In this document: positions 40,501-54,812 of the stretch, one piece after another | Layout: every line of letters starts with the position of its first letter | How positions within the stretch are numbered: position 1 is the first letter of the stretch | DNA from: Octopus vulgaris | Taxonomy: Eukaryota | Direction: 5' to 3' | Assembly (NCBI GenBank): GCA_951406725.2 | Contig: OX597819.1 | Span: forward strand, 105,834,001-105,898,000 | DNA: 64,000 nucleotides | The notes under the pieces: generated by a model | Told to the model about the DNA's origin: nothing | Seen by the model: only the letters and a program-made list of their open reading frames with translations | Database searches by the model: none | Position numbers and translations under genes: made by a program

Positions 40501-43500
40501 TATGCACTTTTATACACATCACATCTGCCTGGCAGATGTGATGTGTATTCAAACAGGGGAAAAGAAAATTGATAAAAAACCGACAACCCTTATATCCATT
40601 TTCATTTGCTTCTATCATCACGTATTTTTCTGTCAACTATTTTTTGTCAACAATCTCTCTATCTTTTCTCTAGTTGCGTATCTTCCCATCTCAAAGATTT
40701 CATATCTTTCCTCTCTATCTATCAGTATAACTCTATCATTCTACGGCTTTCTATATTTCTATCTAGCTATCCACCCTTTCTCATTTCTTTTTGCTTAACT
40801 TTCTGCCGCTTTCCCTATCTATCGTTGCCACTTCATAATTTATATCATTTCCCCTATTCAGGTACATTCCTTTCACTCCTTTTATTTTTCTATCGCTGTT
40901 TCTTTCTACACTCCGTTCTTCATATCAATTTGTCTTTAATGTTCTTTCCATTTCACTTTTTTCAATTCTTCCATTCCTACTCTCTTTTATCGGTTTTATC
41001 TCTTACGATCCCCATCTCTATCTCACTATCTGTGTTTCTCCCAATCCAGTAGTAACCTTTTCCTTCTCTTCTTTCCCCAAATTACACTAAGTAACCTTTC
41101 TGTATTTTAAGCTACAAACCCTTTCCGCATTAACCGTTCTCATAGGTAGTTACTTGTTTCCAGCCTTCGATTTGTATAAGATTTTAAATTTAGTTCCAGT
41201 TTTTTTTCTATCATCTTTCCTATTAGCGTTACATTGCACAACACTTCTTGCCTTACTTTCAGCCATTGTTGAAAGTCATTCTATGTTTACGAATATCTCT
41301 CTGTGTCGTAATTACATATTTTCCTTACTGTACTTGCTCACTTGTTTTCTTTTTCCACTTATATACATTTTCCCGTTCTCCTCAGAACACGAACATTTAC
41401 CGTACCGTTTAGATACCTCATCTTTTCTCACTTTTCTGTTCGTATTCGTCTATCATGTTCGCTCATTTATACCCCAGCAGATACAGCTGAATTGAGCAAT
41501 ATTATCGGAAGGCATCGAAGTTGTGGTAATATTCAGTCGATAACTGATGAGGGCTGAACATGTGTGCGTCTATTGTGCATAAGTTTTCTTGTTTTTCAGT
41601 ATGCTCCTCTGTCATCACCCCGTGCCGCATTTTTTATTATTCTCCCCCCTCTCTCTCTCTCTACACACACCATATTTTATATGGTATATAAGGCACAATT
41701 TTGTTACTAAAAGTTGATCTTATAACCAGTCTTAAGCATTATATTCATAGGGATTTGCAATAAATTTTCCCTTCAAATTACGAGTACAAGTTTTGCCTAC
41801 AAGCGCATTATACACATAAAATACATTATATTTTATATTGATTGTGACTGTCACATCTTTTCAGATGATAGCCGTCTCACAGTAGTGAAATAGTTGTACG
41901 TCATTGGATTTAAGTGATAAAAACTTGTGGCCCTTTTGTCACTCTATCGGTCATCAGGGTATAAGCTCCGGTGACAAGCATTGCAAGATGACAGGTACAG
42001 TTTTGACTGCAACTTTTATGTCAGCGTGCATTTTTCCTAGAAGAGTTGCCTTTTCCATGGTTTTGTGAAAACTAACACGAGTCTCGTCTACTTCTGGAAA
42101 TACTATTTAACCCTTAGATCAACCCCTGACAAAATGGATCTGGGTATAATGGTAATTAAGGGGTGACTCCACGTTCCCAACAACTCCAGGTCTCCCAAAC
42201 TGGAGCCTCAACACTTGCTGCAGTTTAATGTCGTCATGTCATCATATGCGTGGCTCTTTTGCTATTGACTATCAGAATGTCAAATACCCTTTCCCCATCA
42301 ACTCTCCCAAAGTGTCTAAATTTATAAAGCTGTTCAATGGATTATTCTCGGCAATGCATTAATCTAGAAATTGACCGGTTGGAACTAGTTAGCCAAAAGT
42401 CTTTTTCGTAACACATTATATAAATAAAGTAACGTAAACAGTTTAAAGTAATAACTATTAGATTCCTTCTATGTCTACTTTCATTTATGATGTATAGAAA
42501 TCAATAATTACCCATTTAAATTTTAAATTCAGAATAAATAAGTTTTGTGGATGTTAAATAAAATATTTAAATTTACATGAAAATTAATCGTTGCTGCGTG
42601 CAATATTATATATTTAATTCTAGCTTGGCTCACCTTTACGAATCCCAGTTGATATTCCGTATACTGTTTCAATGAGACTAATTTAATTTTTATCAGATTG
42701 TGAATGATCCTATGTTCCCATGTTCTACAAATTAAACTTTAAATTCAGAATAAATAAGTTTTCAGAATAAAATTCAGAATAAATAAGTTATACGGATGTT
42801 AAATAAAATATTTAAATTTACATGAAAATTAATTCCAAACCTTCTTTTGGTTTCAAGTCTTGTTTTAGTAATTTTAGTGAATTCTGCAGCACTTAATGAG
42901 ACACTAATTTCACGAAATCTTATTGTATCTGCAATAATAGAAAAGAATAGAAATAAATGTTAAAAACTAAAAGAAAAATGATTGCTAACATATGGTTAGC
43001 TAATACAATAGAAAATACATTTTATAAAATCGAAATTTATCAAAAGTATTTGTAACAATAATCATATAGATCGTATAACATATAATTGATGCTGCAGGCA
43101 TGGCTCTATAGCTAAGCATTTCATAAGTACATTGTTCTTTGTTAGGGTCATACGCGCATCATTATGAGCAAGTTTCTTCTACCACAGCTTCTACCGTAGT
43201 AGATTACAAATGATACTCTTATCAAGAAAAACACCATTGCACCCTTCCTGAACATGACCAGTCTTCAACTAAATCGCTCTAACAATCACTCCAAATTTTG
43301 AACCTCGCTATTTTCTCCTGGTTAAAACGTATCCATAACGTAACTGGGACCGCATCTTAAAGAGTGTTCTTTCTCTTCAGGCCTAAAATTTAGTTCAGTC
43401 ACCTATATTTTTTGATACCCTACAAAGCTTAGCTGTAGGCTACAATATTTGGGATAGCGCGGCTGCTGGATGTCCTACAGACATCAAGAAAATAGACACC

Positions 43501-46500
43501 TAGCTGATTTGCATAAATCGCAGCCCTGCAGTTTGCTGTATCTTTTATTCGATTTTTCCGCTGTTACTATAACGTCTACGGCCGTAGTGTGAAAGAAATC
43601 ATAAGAGAGAAACAACTACACTAAGAACGCAGTTGATCTAAACATTGGATGGATCTTCAGTTGAAATATCAGCAGTTCATATCCTATCTTCTGTAATGTG
43701 TTGTATCTGAGCCTTGACATTTGACCATTGAAATAACCTAATCGTTTTAGTTGTAAATAGGTGGCAATTGAGACAATCTTTGAAGAAGATAACACTTGAA
43801 ATTGTGAAATGAGCCTTAGGTTTTGTGAGCGTCGATGCTCCACAAGAGCTACCAGAATTAGTCTTTCTTTGTCTGTGCAATCTTAATACTATATATAAAT
43901 TGCTTTCACGTTTTATACTGAAGTAAATTAGGAGTTTGTATGATATAAAATTTTTAACTACGTAGGAGTGAGAATACCTGCCTTCACTTGTAGTTAAACA
44001 TGTGCAAATAGGTAAGCCATATTAGGTTATTTATTTAAAAGCATACGGAGTAATTTTCTTTGGAATCAGTATAATACATTACATAAAACAACAACAAACA
44101 GGTGATAAAATTAAAATGGAGATAAAGACATAAGGGTGCTATGTAAAAATGGGGGTTGATATAAAAAGAATGTCTTTAGTTACTAGTGTATTCTCCCAGG
44201 TTTCTCTTGGGGATAAACAAAATTTATAACCTCTAATACAAACACTAAAAAACAAATTTGTGGTATTGAGCAGATTATTTGTTATAACGATATTTCTGCT
44301 TCAGCAACTCAGCACTGAATTTGTCTAAACTCTAATGGAAATTAGGTCGGTTTCAAAAGATTTATATCCAAATCATAAAAGCAAAGTTTAAAGCGAATAT
44401 ATATATATATAAAATTTTGCACACGGTGTAATTATATAGAGAACGTAAAAGGTCTATAGTTACAAATTTGTAAGATTGTCTCAAAGGAGTTTAAGTTGTA
44501 GGGTTTATATTAAACTCTAACAAATGTATATTTAATACAATAGAGTCCTCATTCCTCGGTCACATGTTTAGAGAATGCACGCAAGACCTAAGAAAACTAT
44601 GGTCTGCACCTGAATTTCATAGTCATGGAAATTACAAAGGAATATGATTTCATTGAGATAATTGTCTACTTTTGAAAACTGAATAAAAGTTTGGAGGAAA
44701 GTGAAGTACTTCTGTTTGAAGCAAAACAATATGTATTTTCCATTGTTAGTTGAATGTCTTGAAACTGTTAAGAAAATGAAAAATACTGTTGAAGCAACTT
44801 CGTTATCTGTTCCAACACCTGGTTTACATTTCAATGCGTTAATTGTATAATGGAAAAAAGTTTTTGCTGAAATTGTGGCACCTCACTCAAGTAAAAAAAT
44901 ATCGATTTTTGAATTCCCAGCTGAATGCCTTGAAGCAAAAAACTAAAATCCCGCTTGGCAGCGGTTTCGTTATTGGTTCCAACACCTGGTTCTCTACTTA
45001 CTTTTGAAACAGTCGCCTCTATATACTCAATAGGTTCCGCTTCTATAAAAAATGAATAGCAATTCACACACACGTTGAATAATACTAAAAGAAAATAAGC
45101 AAGTTGTAAAGTCGGAAGTGCTTGCAGTAGTCAAATATGTTAATATGCTGCGTTCTAGCATAAACGTCTGCTACTAAAAATACTAAACTGTGTCGGAGAG
45201 GCTTTCAGACATCTCGTATGAAATACACTATCGCTACGAAAGAGATATGAGTATATACATATAACTTAAATAGAATTCCAGTAATGCTAATTATACTGAA
45301 TTGATGTCAAATGATAGATATAAGGAAGAAAAATTCATAATGACTTGAGTCAGCAGCTTAACATAGAAACTGCTTATATGAAAGACTTATTTGTAATAAC
45401 CAAATATGAAAACACATTACAGATAAAATAAGATTGTATGGAACTTCTCTTTATCAAAATTGCAAGCAATCAACAAAACTTTAGCAGCGACTTTCAGTTG
45501 ATATTGTTCGACTAAAACCAATGATTAAAATAGGTAACCCTTGCATACTGACAAAACGTGGTACCTTTCTGCATTTACCTTCAGAAAATCAAGAATTTTA
45601 GGTATTATTCAGTGTTTCTCTTCATTATTAGATTTCTTAAGTACTCCAAGCTTTCTAAATATTTATCGCAGTACTCAATTTGAAAGCACAGAAATTTTGG
45701 AATTCTTTTGATAGAATATCCTTAAATGTATATAGAATCCTTACTACCTCTCAACAAACACACAGAATGAACATTTCAATTGAGTAATATGGAAACCTAT
45801 TCCCTTACATTTAAAACAAGCAAAAAAGTATAATAATATAACAGTGGGATGAAGACCTCCGTCGTGATTTATAGAGCGTTACATCATTACTTTGTAGGGG
45901 GTCTAGGAGGCTTTAACATGCAACCACCCCTTAGCATATTGTTTGGAGCTACACGTTGTTCAACGCTGGAAAGGCAAATTGATTTTTCACTGAGTCCATC
46001 GACATCAACAACACTATTTCTTGATTAAGTTTATTCCTGGAAAATTAGCATACATAAAAACACATAATCAAATCTCAAGAAAACGTTGCTCAAGAAAATG
46101 ATTGAAGTAACCTGTTCCCACTAGATCTTAGTTCAATGTTCAACCGGTAGGCTTGACATTCTCATTAAGCTATTCATTTCTAATTCCTGAGTTCAGGTCA
46201 CAAGATAACTCTGATGGAAACTGATAAACTTTGGTCATGCCGTCGTTCTTTTCGCGCAAATGCAATTACGTTATCATCCTTGCTCTATGATGCAAATGCA
46301 TATGAAAACAATGATGATAACTTAATTTTCCAAACAGTAAACGATGAGGACATATCAAGTCCTCATTCTAAATTACGTAAAGCAATTAAAACAGTCCAAA
46401 AAGTTCAAGAAAAATACGCGCCTATTTTGTTATATCTCAATGTTATGCAATTAATTCTTCTTGTTATATTTTGTGGGGGTTAATAATTAGGTTTAAGTTT

Positions 46501-48224
46501 TATTTACGAATTATGACTTTTTGACATTACAAATATTTTTCATCTGTCGGACAGGGAATATAGCATCAAATATTTAATATAACTATTATATATTGCTACG
46601 TACTAACATTGCAATAACTTGAAATCACACGAAGTTTTGTGTGAGTTTCATGGACGTGTGCGCTAAACTTAAGAGAACAATATAGTGGGAACGAATTTCC
46701 TTCAGTCGCTAGAGATTCAGTTGTTCGTTTACCTGTCCTTGGATTAACGTGAGAATAGCTGAGTATAATAGACACAGGTACTTTCAACGCGCAGTTCACA
46801 CAGAATCAGTACCATTCACTGCATGACAAGGCTCTATCTTTTAATTTACTTGTAAAGTCCAGCTGATGATCTTCTATACAATCACAAAATGTGGATTGAT
46901 ATGGGGCTATAGAAAATATTCGTCCAAGATACCATGCAGTGGGATCGAACTCAGAAACATATACTTTCAAAACGTATCTTGTAACCATTTGGCCAGGCTG
47001 TGCCTGCTCCATTTATTATAAAACTTTGTTAAAATTTACTTTGTCGGCAATTTCTGGAATGGGAAAAGACATTTGAGTATGGGATATTTGAAATAACGAA
47101 TCACAACATTTTAGATCAAAACATTAATTCAATAGAATATTCTCTGCTTCCATTCAGGTCTTTTCACTTTCAAGAAAGACTGACAATGCCGTTAGCGGTT
47201 TATCATATTGAGTGTGAGCTTACCTCTCCAGGCTGGTCAACTGTAGGTTGAATGGAGAACACAAAGAACTGGGACAGTTACCGTTCATTTCTCTAATTGC
47301 CCTGGATGGAAATTTATTGGCTGCGAGTGGATGGAAGACAACGTAATCTCCGCAGCATTTGAATTCGCGTAACCCAAACGAATACTGCAATAGCATTTTA
47401 CTCGACGCTGTTAACTTGCTGTCTTATGTAAAGTTACAAGGAATTTGTAAAAATTAAAGATTCACTACTTTTCGTAGCACATGTGCACCGTTGCACATAT
47501 TATTTATACCTGGTACTCAAAGGTTGCCTGATTCGTGTTTTATGTAGATATTCGACCTGCTCAAAATGAGTTGCAGTGCCCTCAATCTATATTATCGTCA
47601 TAAGCAGAACATTTTAAATATTTTAGTCAGGAAATTCACGGTTTTGAGGCATTTCATTATAAGTTTGTGTAATCAGGTCTAACCTGGAACTATTAGACAT
47701 TAAAGAAAACAATTGTTTCGAGCTGACAATCTCATGGCATATCAAACATGCGAAATAACAGCCAAATTGTTTCTTCAAACATATCTGTTGGCATAAAAGT
47801 AAGCAAGGACACGTCTGATTATAATACGAAGCACACTGTATTTAGAAATATAAAGACACTTTGACTAAGTGGAACGTCTGATTGTAGGTCTGTCGAGTCA
47901 GAACTCAGTCGTGGTTTTTAAGCATTAACAGTAAAACAACATTGGATATTACCAATGAAGGAACCTCTATATAGTGAAATGAATTGCTAGAAATAGCAGT
48001 CAAATTTCTTTAAATCAAGCGTCATGAAAAGGACACATTAATAATGTATTCCTGTTACAGTATACATTGAAGAAGAAAAATAAACAAAACGCTGGAACCT
48101 CGCATCTGGAAGGATTTCATCATAGGTCTACTCAATGAAGGCCAGCTTTCGGCTAAACAACAACAATACTCCCGGCTGCAGTATCATTTAATGTATCCTT
48201 ATAACTTTAGAACACATTTCTGAA

Positions 48225-48279
<55 letters not shown>

Positions 48280-49856
48280 ACACACACATGTATATATCCA
48301 TGGCATCTCTATATGCATTTTATATACCTACATATTTTTATTTCTCGATTTTATATACTTTTCTTTACATGAACTATTTTCTGCTTCTATAATTTTTTAA
48401 CTGTTTTAAGTTTTTCATTTTATGCTTTATGTAGTTACTGCATGTTTCTATAATTTTATATAATCCCATATATTCACTTTTGCTCTCTTTCCGCATTTTA
48501 TGCACACATAAAACACAAAAATACGCGTGCGTGTTACCCGATTTCTCTCTCTCTGTCTTTCTCTCTGTATATGTGTATATATATAATTTCTATAATTTTC
48601 TATAATTTTTTCTATATTTCTTTTTTTACAATTTTACTCATAACCGTTATACTTCTAACGTATGTAGCGTTACAATTTTCGGAATATATCAAGAAATATA
48701 TCTTTGGTAAACAACTATGACTAGGTTACTACTGTCGGCAAAGAACTACTATTAAGGCTTTGATCTTTAAGTGCTGCAAAATCCTTTTATAGATTTTTTT
48801 TATTTGTTTTGAAGTATTAGTTTTGCATATGAATTTCTAACTTAGGAGCATGATCATAAAAGTTTTGTAGGGGAGGGGTGCAGTCAACTATATCGACTAC
48901 CGAACATGATTAGTAGTTAGATTATCGTCCCTAGAAGGATAAAAGATGAAAGGCAAAGTTGTACTTTCCAGGACTCGAAATCAAAACGTATAGAGACACA
49001 AATTAATTCTAAAAGGGATTCGTTTCAACGCTTTACTGATTCTGCCGCCCTTCAGTCTCAGAACTTTGGTTTCTTTTCTTAGAATTGGCACAAGGCAACT
49101 GATTATATTTTGATGTGTGTTATGTTTTATGGAAGTCGATTGAATTGATCTCTGTAACATATTTCTACTCGTATCATTCTACGCTCTACTGATTATGACA
49201 ACCCACTGGCTTCTTTAAGTCTTACCATATAAATGAATTTATAACATCTAGGTTAAGTTTAGGTAAAACCATTTCTCACATTTATCACAATACAAACTGA
49301 AAACAACATGCTTTGATCTAAAATATCGGTGTCGATAAGAATACAGTTGAATCAAAATAAAATTCCTAATATACTTTAAAGTGTTATATTTCTGAACTAT
49401 CATATGTTGGAGTGTTATTGTGGCTAGAGAATATATCAAAGAATCACTTTTCGGAAAACAGCCATGCTTAGGTTGGTGCAGCCGCTAAAGAAATATTACA
49501 AATTCTTTGATCTTGAAGTGTTTCAAAAACCTTGCATATTTCTTTGTTTTAAATAATCGGATTATTATATAGATATCGATTAACAATAGCCAATTAAATT
49601 ACTGATGTGTTGATGTCTTTATTCTGCATCTCTTTGGCTTATAGCTACCGTCATGAAAAGGATAGTTTCCAATCTTGAGTTTCTTTTGCTTTGATTAACC
49701 GCATAATGGAATTCAACAAGAGACGTATGCTTAAGTAGATTACTTCGAAATGGTTTGATCCAACTCTTTGGGAAGGAGTTTTGTGCTATAGCCTCGGGTT
49801 GACCAATAATTCTTCGTAAATAAAAGTTGGTTGGCGGAAACTCTACAGAAGCACAC

Positions 49857-49929
<73 letters not shown>

Positions 49930-50029
49930 GTGTGTGTGTGTGTATGTATGTATATCTCTGTGTGTGTGTGTGTGTTTGTGTATGTATAAATAATATATAT
50001 GAAATATATCGAACCGTTAAACTATACAC

Positions 50030-50130
50030 ATCTCTTTTCTCTCCCTCTCTTTCTTTTCCTCACAATCCTTTCTGTCGAAGAGCGTTGGCTCAAAACGTCA
50101 AAGACATCTTTTATTTTCTGTGAATTTCAA
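50030..50130 (+). mobile_element. PLE pseudo-LTR fragment (family P1) with degenerate hammerhead at 50068-50103
   Basis: CTTT-CTGTCGA-A-GAGCGTTGGCTC-AAAAC-GTC-AAAG. Confidence 0.65.
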
Positions 50131-50636
50131 CAATGAGAGTGAGTTAAGGGAAGCAGTAAATATGTAGGAGAGAGATAGAGAGATAGATAGATAGATAGAT
50201 AGATAGAGAGTTATGAGACGTGATATTGTCTGCAATTCTGTCAATTATCACTCCTCACACTACAACTCTCACTACGAGAAAGAGGTAGTAAGCATGAGGA
50301 ATAATAGGAGAGTCATTGAATAGTGAGAGAGAGGTAATACGTTTTGTCGGATTCTACCAGAATGGAACGAGACCGGTTAATTTTCGTGAATCCTTACAGA
50401 TGTTGACACTCTTCCGGTACCGACGGTTCCTCATGCTAAGTTTGGTCGAAATCGGTCCAATGGTTGCAGAGGAGTTTGGTAACAAAATTTTGACACAGAC
50501 ACACACACGTAAACGTAAATATCACAATTATACTACAGATATACTTTTTTGACTAATTCATACTAATTTTAATACATAGTACATTTTGCTTGTTAAATTT
50601 TAAATTTAAGCATATAAATACATTTTATATACACAT

Positions 50637-50799
50637 AGGTGAAAGAGTAGCTGTGTGGTAAGAAGCTAGCTTCACAACTACATGGTTCAGGGTTCAGTCC
50701 CATTGCGTGTAAACTTGGGCAAGTGTCTTCTACAATAGCCTCGAGACAACCAAACCCTTGTGAGTGGATTTGGCAGACAGAAACTGAAAGATGTCCGTC

Positions 50800-50845
<46 letters not shown>

Positions 50846-51310
50846 CTTTACTACCCACAAGGGGCTAAACACAGAGGGGACAAACAAGGACAGACAAAGG
50901 GATTAAGTCGACTACATCGACCCCAGTGCGTAACTGGTACTTAATTTATCGACCCCGAAAGGATGAAAGGCAAAGTCGACCTCGGCGGAATTTGAACTCG
51001 GAACGTAACGACAGACGAAATACGGCTACGAATTTCGCCCTGCGTGCTAACGTTTCTACCAGCTCGCCGCCTATATATATATATATATATTGTGTGTTTG
51101 TGCTTGTCCTCCCACCTCCCACCTCCCACCAGTGGTTGACAACTGTTGGTGTAATTACGTCCCCGTAAACTTAATGGTTCGGCAAAAGATACCGATAGAG
51201 TATGTACTAGGTTTATAAAAAATAAGTCCTGGAGTCGACTTGCTCGACTAAAGGTGATGCTCCAGTATGGCTTCATTCAAATGACTGAAATAAGTAAAAG
51301 AATAAAAGAA
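50637..51310 (+). mobile_element. SINE family A interrupted by a nested SINE
   Basis: Head 50637-50800 and tail 51075-51310 match family A; split within its internal (TA)n. Confidence 0.85.
50844..51072 (-). mobile_element. SINE family C (Meta/Nin-like central domain)
   Basis: Minus strand: GGCGGCGAGCTGG...GTTCAAATTCC...GTCGACTTTGCCTTTCATCCTTTCGGGGTCGATAAATTAAGTACCAG; relatives at 62644-62780, 62862-63045 and ~48880-49050. Confidence 0.8.
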
Positions 51311-52044
51311 TACACACACACACACATATATGTATGTATGTATGTATGTATCTATGTGTGTGTATGTATGTATGTGTGTGTGTCTTTCAGTGCGACATGG
51401 TTTCAAAGTTAGATTTCTTCCGTAAAGATATAAACATGTCCTTCATGGTAATATAACTTCAAATATAATTTAGTTGATAATAAAAAAATTGTAATAAATC
51501 TTACGTTTGACCGATAAATTCACCAATAAGTAGCACGCAAAATTATTTGCAGAATTAAAAAAAAACAAAAAAAAAACTGAAGAATTCTCTTATGGTGATT
51601 TGCTTTTATGAAAATCCCTGAGTTAGTCTGCAATTTCATGGCAATTACTAGTTACAAGAAGCATTAAAAAATGGAAGTATTCTCAATAGGATGAAAATAA
51701 GAATAGATTATTTTACATTTTGAGTATATGACCAATTTTATATAACATTGCAATTATGACTATTCATTATGTCTAATCTGAGTTAATGAATTTTTGATTA
51801 AAGGAATTATATACACTCACTCCTAATGCTTAACCGTTGAAGACATTATTGATTTGAAGCAAGCTTTCCGATTTCAAAGACAGTGATATTAATTATAAAA
51901 GTCAATAAATTTGATATTATTACAAAAATCACCAATTTAATACAGTCATAGGCACATACATTTACTTGTGTGCGTGAGTGTCAATGAGTGTGTGTCTGTG
52001 AGCGCGTGCGTGTGCGTATGTGTGAGTGTGTGTGCAAGACGGAG

Positions 52045-52636
52045 CGAGCAGTGGTATCCGCCGTTGCCTGGTGTCAAATAGATACATAAACATTTTGTCG
52101 TTAAACTTGAATCACTTACAGCAAGTTACAGCAAATTTTTATGTTGTATTCTTTATTTGTAATTAATAATATTCGCATATATATTTACGCCCTACCGTCC
52201 AATGGACGGTGCTGAGTTGTCAAATATTTAAACCAAATTTTCTCACAATAACTTGTCCGACCGTCCCATAGGTCTCCCCTTTGAGAAACACTGATTTAAC
52301 CTAAATTTGAGACACCAGCAAAAGAAAAAAATAAAGATAGACTTTTTTTTCAATTCCAAAGGAAAACGATTTTATTCACACAAATATGCAACCGAAGAGT
52401 TTAAAGTACTAGTAAGTACATCACAACAGCTGATGTACTTGCGCGTACAAATTCACGTTCCCACGACATTATCGATTGCATTCTCACCTGGAATCGTATT
52501 TTGCATTTTTTTCAAGACTTATACACGCCCTGATACCGTCAGTATCTAAATATAAAATTTGAGCGTAATCGGATGGAGGATGCCCGAGATCCTAGAACAC
52601 ACACACACATACAGACAGAACGGATTTTATATGAGA
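52045..52636 (-). mobile_element. Non-autonomous Helitron-like element
   Basis: Minus-strand 5' end TCTCATATAAAATCCGTTCTGTCTG; hairpin relic CCGCCGTTGCCTGG near a CTAG-like end. Confidence 0.5.
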
Positions 52637-52744
52637 TATGGCATACAGGAAAATATCTAAAATTGAATTGGTTCAGTTTTCAATGACATGAGAAGTTTCA
52701 TTAATGATTCAAATTTAGTATATCAATAAAATACTACTATGTTT

Positions 52745-52910
52745 TACCTCTATAGTGTCGATGGTTTCAGATTAAACACCAGAGCATCTTCAGTAGCGTC
52801 GGCACAACTCGCCAGATTCCGGATAACATCGCCACCCGTATATATGTCCACACTGTAGAAATCTATGGATGATTTAGCGAATCACTAATGTTATTGCAAA
52901 ATTCTGAATT
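52745..52910 (-). repeat. Partial copy of the ~340-bp hammerhead repeat (HHR relic at 52748-52798)
   Basis: Closely matches 54313-54478. Confidence 0.85.
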
Positions 52911-53523
52911 AATCTATAGTTCTCAGGGAGATATGTTTCACTGGAAAGGACTGAACGATAGACACCTTTACCTGTTTTGTTGTTTGTTATTTCTCATGCA
53001 AGATTAAGTTTGGTCCAACGTGAGAGCATGCAAGAAACAAGTAAATATGAGAGAAACAAGGACATATCAAACTCCGGCAACCGTAGCTGAAGGTCAAAAT
53101 GAGCAACGTCGCTGACACCTAAAAGCGATTGAACTGAAGGAGATTATCTTAAGGATGAAAGGAATACGTGGAATGATGCATCGTCTCCTTTGGAACAATG
53201 TGTTATAAGGATGGTTTCGAGCTCATAGAGCAGAGAATTTTCACAACTAGTTGTATACTGTCAAAACGTTTTGTACGGTCTTTAAATCCCCGTTTAAAAC
53301 ATGATAATGAAGTTGATTATGATGTTTAAGGTTACATTAGTTATGAAGAAGGAGAAGGATGCTGATGACATATACTTTTGAACGCACGACCAGGCAAATT
53401 TCACTGGAAGCGGAGTTGATTTCAATAAATGAAGAATTTTTTTGAAATTTATCTTATATGATATTTCATATATTCTTATTCCGTGAATGCCAGATATTTC
53501 CCTTAACTCATTTTTTCACATAC

Positions 53524-53554
<31 letters not shown>

Positions 53555-53634
53555 CATACATACACACATACATACATACATACATACATACATACATACA
53601 TACATACATACATACATACATACATACATAATTA

Positions 53635-53935
53635 TGGCTGCCCCTCGTTATCGAGTATGGCCATTGCACGAAGCTTAACTGTTACTGGTGCTGTGATCGA
53701 ATGTGACTTTTTAGCCCAGCCAAAGATCTACAAAGTATTGTACAGAATTGGCAACTAAAACCTTTACCGGTAATAGCCGGCTGTAGTTGTAACTGGGCTC
53801 CATGTACTTTTGCATATCGTTTAAGTCATCCTGCCGAATTACACTCTCTTCCACATGCCTGACAGATATGATTAGTATTGTGTGTAACACCACCACTAGT
53901 GGCCAGGTTGTCACTCATCTGTCTCGCTTTATGAC
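53635..53935 (-). mobile_element. Probable RTE-like LINE 3' end inside (TACA)n
   Basis: NHICQACGRECNSAG*LKRY Zn-finger-like C-terminus; flanked on both sides by (TACA)n. Confidence 0.45.
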
Positions 53936-54314
53936 TACATACATACATACATACATACATACATACATACATACATACATACATACATACATACATAGAC
54001 CAACACAAACACACACAACATACACACACACATCATTCTATGGAGTGATAATTTCAAACAGAAGCTAAAGTACCTGGCCGTTTAAAATAGTTCTCAAAAC
54101 GAAATCTCAGAATAGAAAATATAATTAATCCATAATCTTTAGTTCAAACAGCCCGCCCCCTTCACATATATATATATATATTACTGAGGATGTTAGAACA
54201 TCTACAATGCTAGGAATAAGAGCTAAAGTGCTCTGATGCTGCAGCCAACAAACGTACTTGTATACATACATACTGACAACGACCAGAAACAGCCGAAAGG
54301 GGCAGTCGTGATAC

Positions 54315-54365
54315 CTCTATAGTGTCGATGGTTTCAGATTTAATAACGGAGCCTCTTCAGTAGGG
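54315..54365 (-). ncRNA. Degenerate type I hammerhead in tandem unit
   Basis: CCCTA-CTGAAGA-GGCTCCGTTATTAAATCT-GAAA-CCATCGACAC-TA-TAGAG; core intact, stems eroded. Confidence 0.6.
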
Positions 54366-54653
54366 TCGGCACAACTCGCCAGATTCCGGACAACATCGCC
54401 ACCAGTATATATGTCCACACTGTAGAAATCTATGGATGATGATTTAGCCAATCGTTAATGTGTATACAAATTATTAAATTATGCATCACCAAAAAGGAAA
54501 ACTATAATTGTGATTAAATATTACTGATAATGTTAGAACACTTACAATGCTAGAAATAAGAGTTAAAGCCCTCTGATGCTGCAGTCAGCGCGCATAATTC
54601 TATCATACATACTGACAGCGATCGTAAACGGCTGAAAGTGGTAGTTGTGATAT

Positions 54654-54704
54654 CCCTATACCGTCGACGGGTTCGACTTTAACAGTAGAGTCTCTTCAGT
54701 AGAG
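54654..54704 (-). ncRNA. Type I hammerhead ribozyme (A15.1>C variant) in tandem unit
   Basis: CTCTA-CTGAAGA-GACTCTA-CTGT-TAAAGTC-GAAC-CCGTCGACGG-TA-TAGGG. Confidence 0.75.
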
Positions 54705-54812
54705 TCCGCACAACTCGCCAAACTCCGGACAAGATCGCTGCCAGTATATATGTCTACAGCTTAGAAATCTATGGATGATTCTGTGATTCGCTAATGTTTA
54801 TACAAATAATTA

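Noticed and set aside
40442-41560. Phe/Leu/Ser-rich ORFs as membrane-protein exons
   Set aside because: Pyrimidine-rich low-complexity DNA, mostly non-ATG starts, no recognisable motif.
41538-41575. CTGATGAGGGCTGAAC motif
   Set aside because: Stem II is too short and GAAA is absent; at most an unprovable relic.
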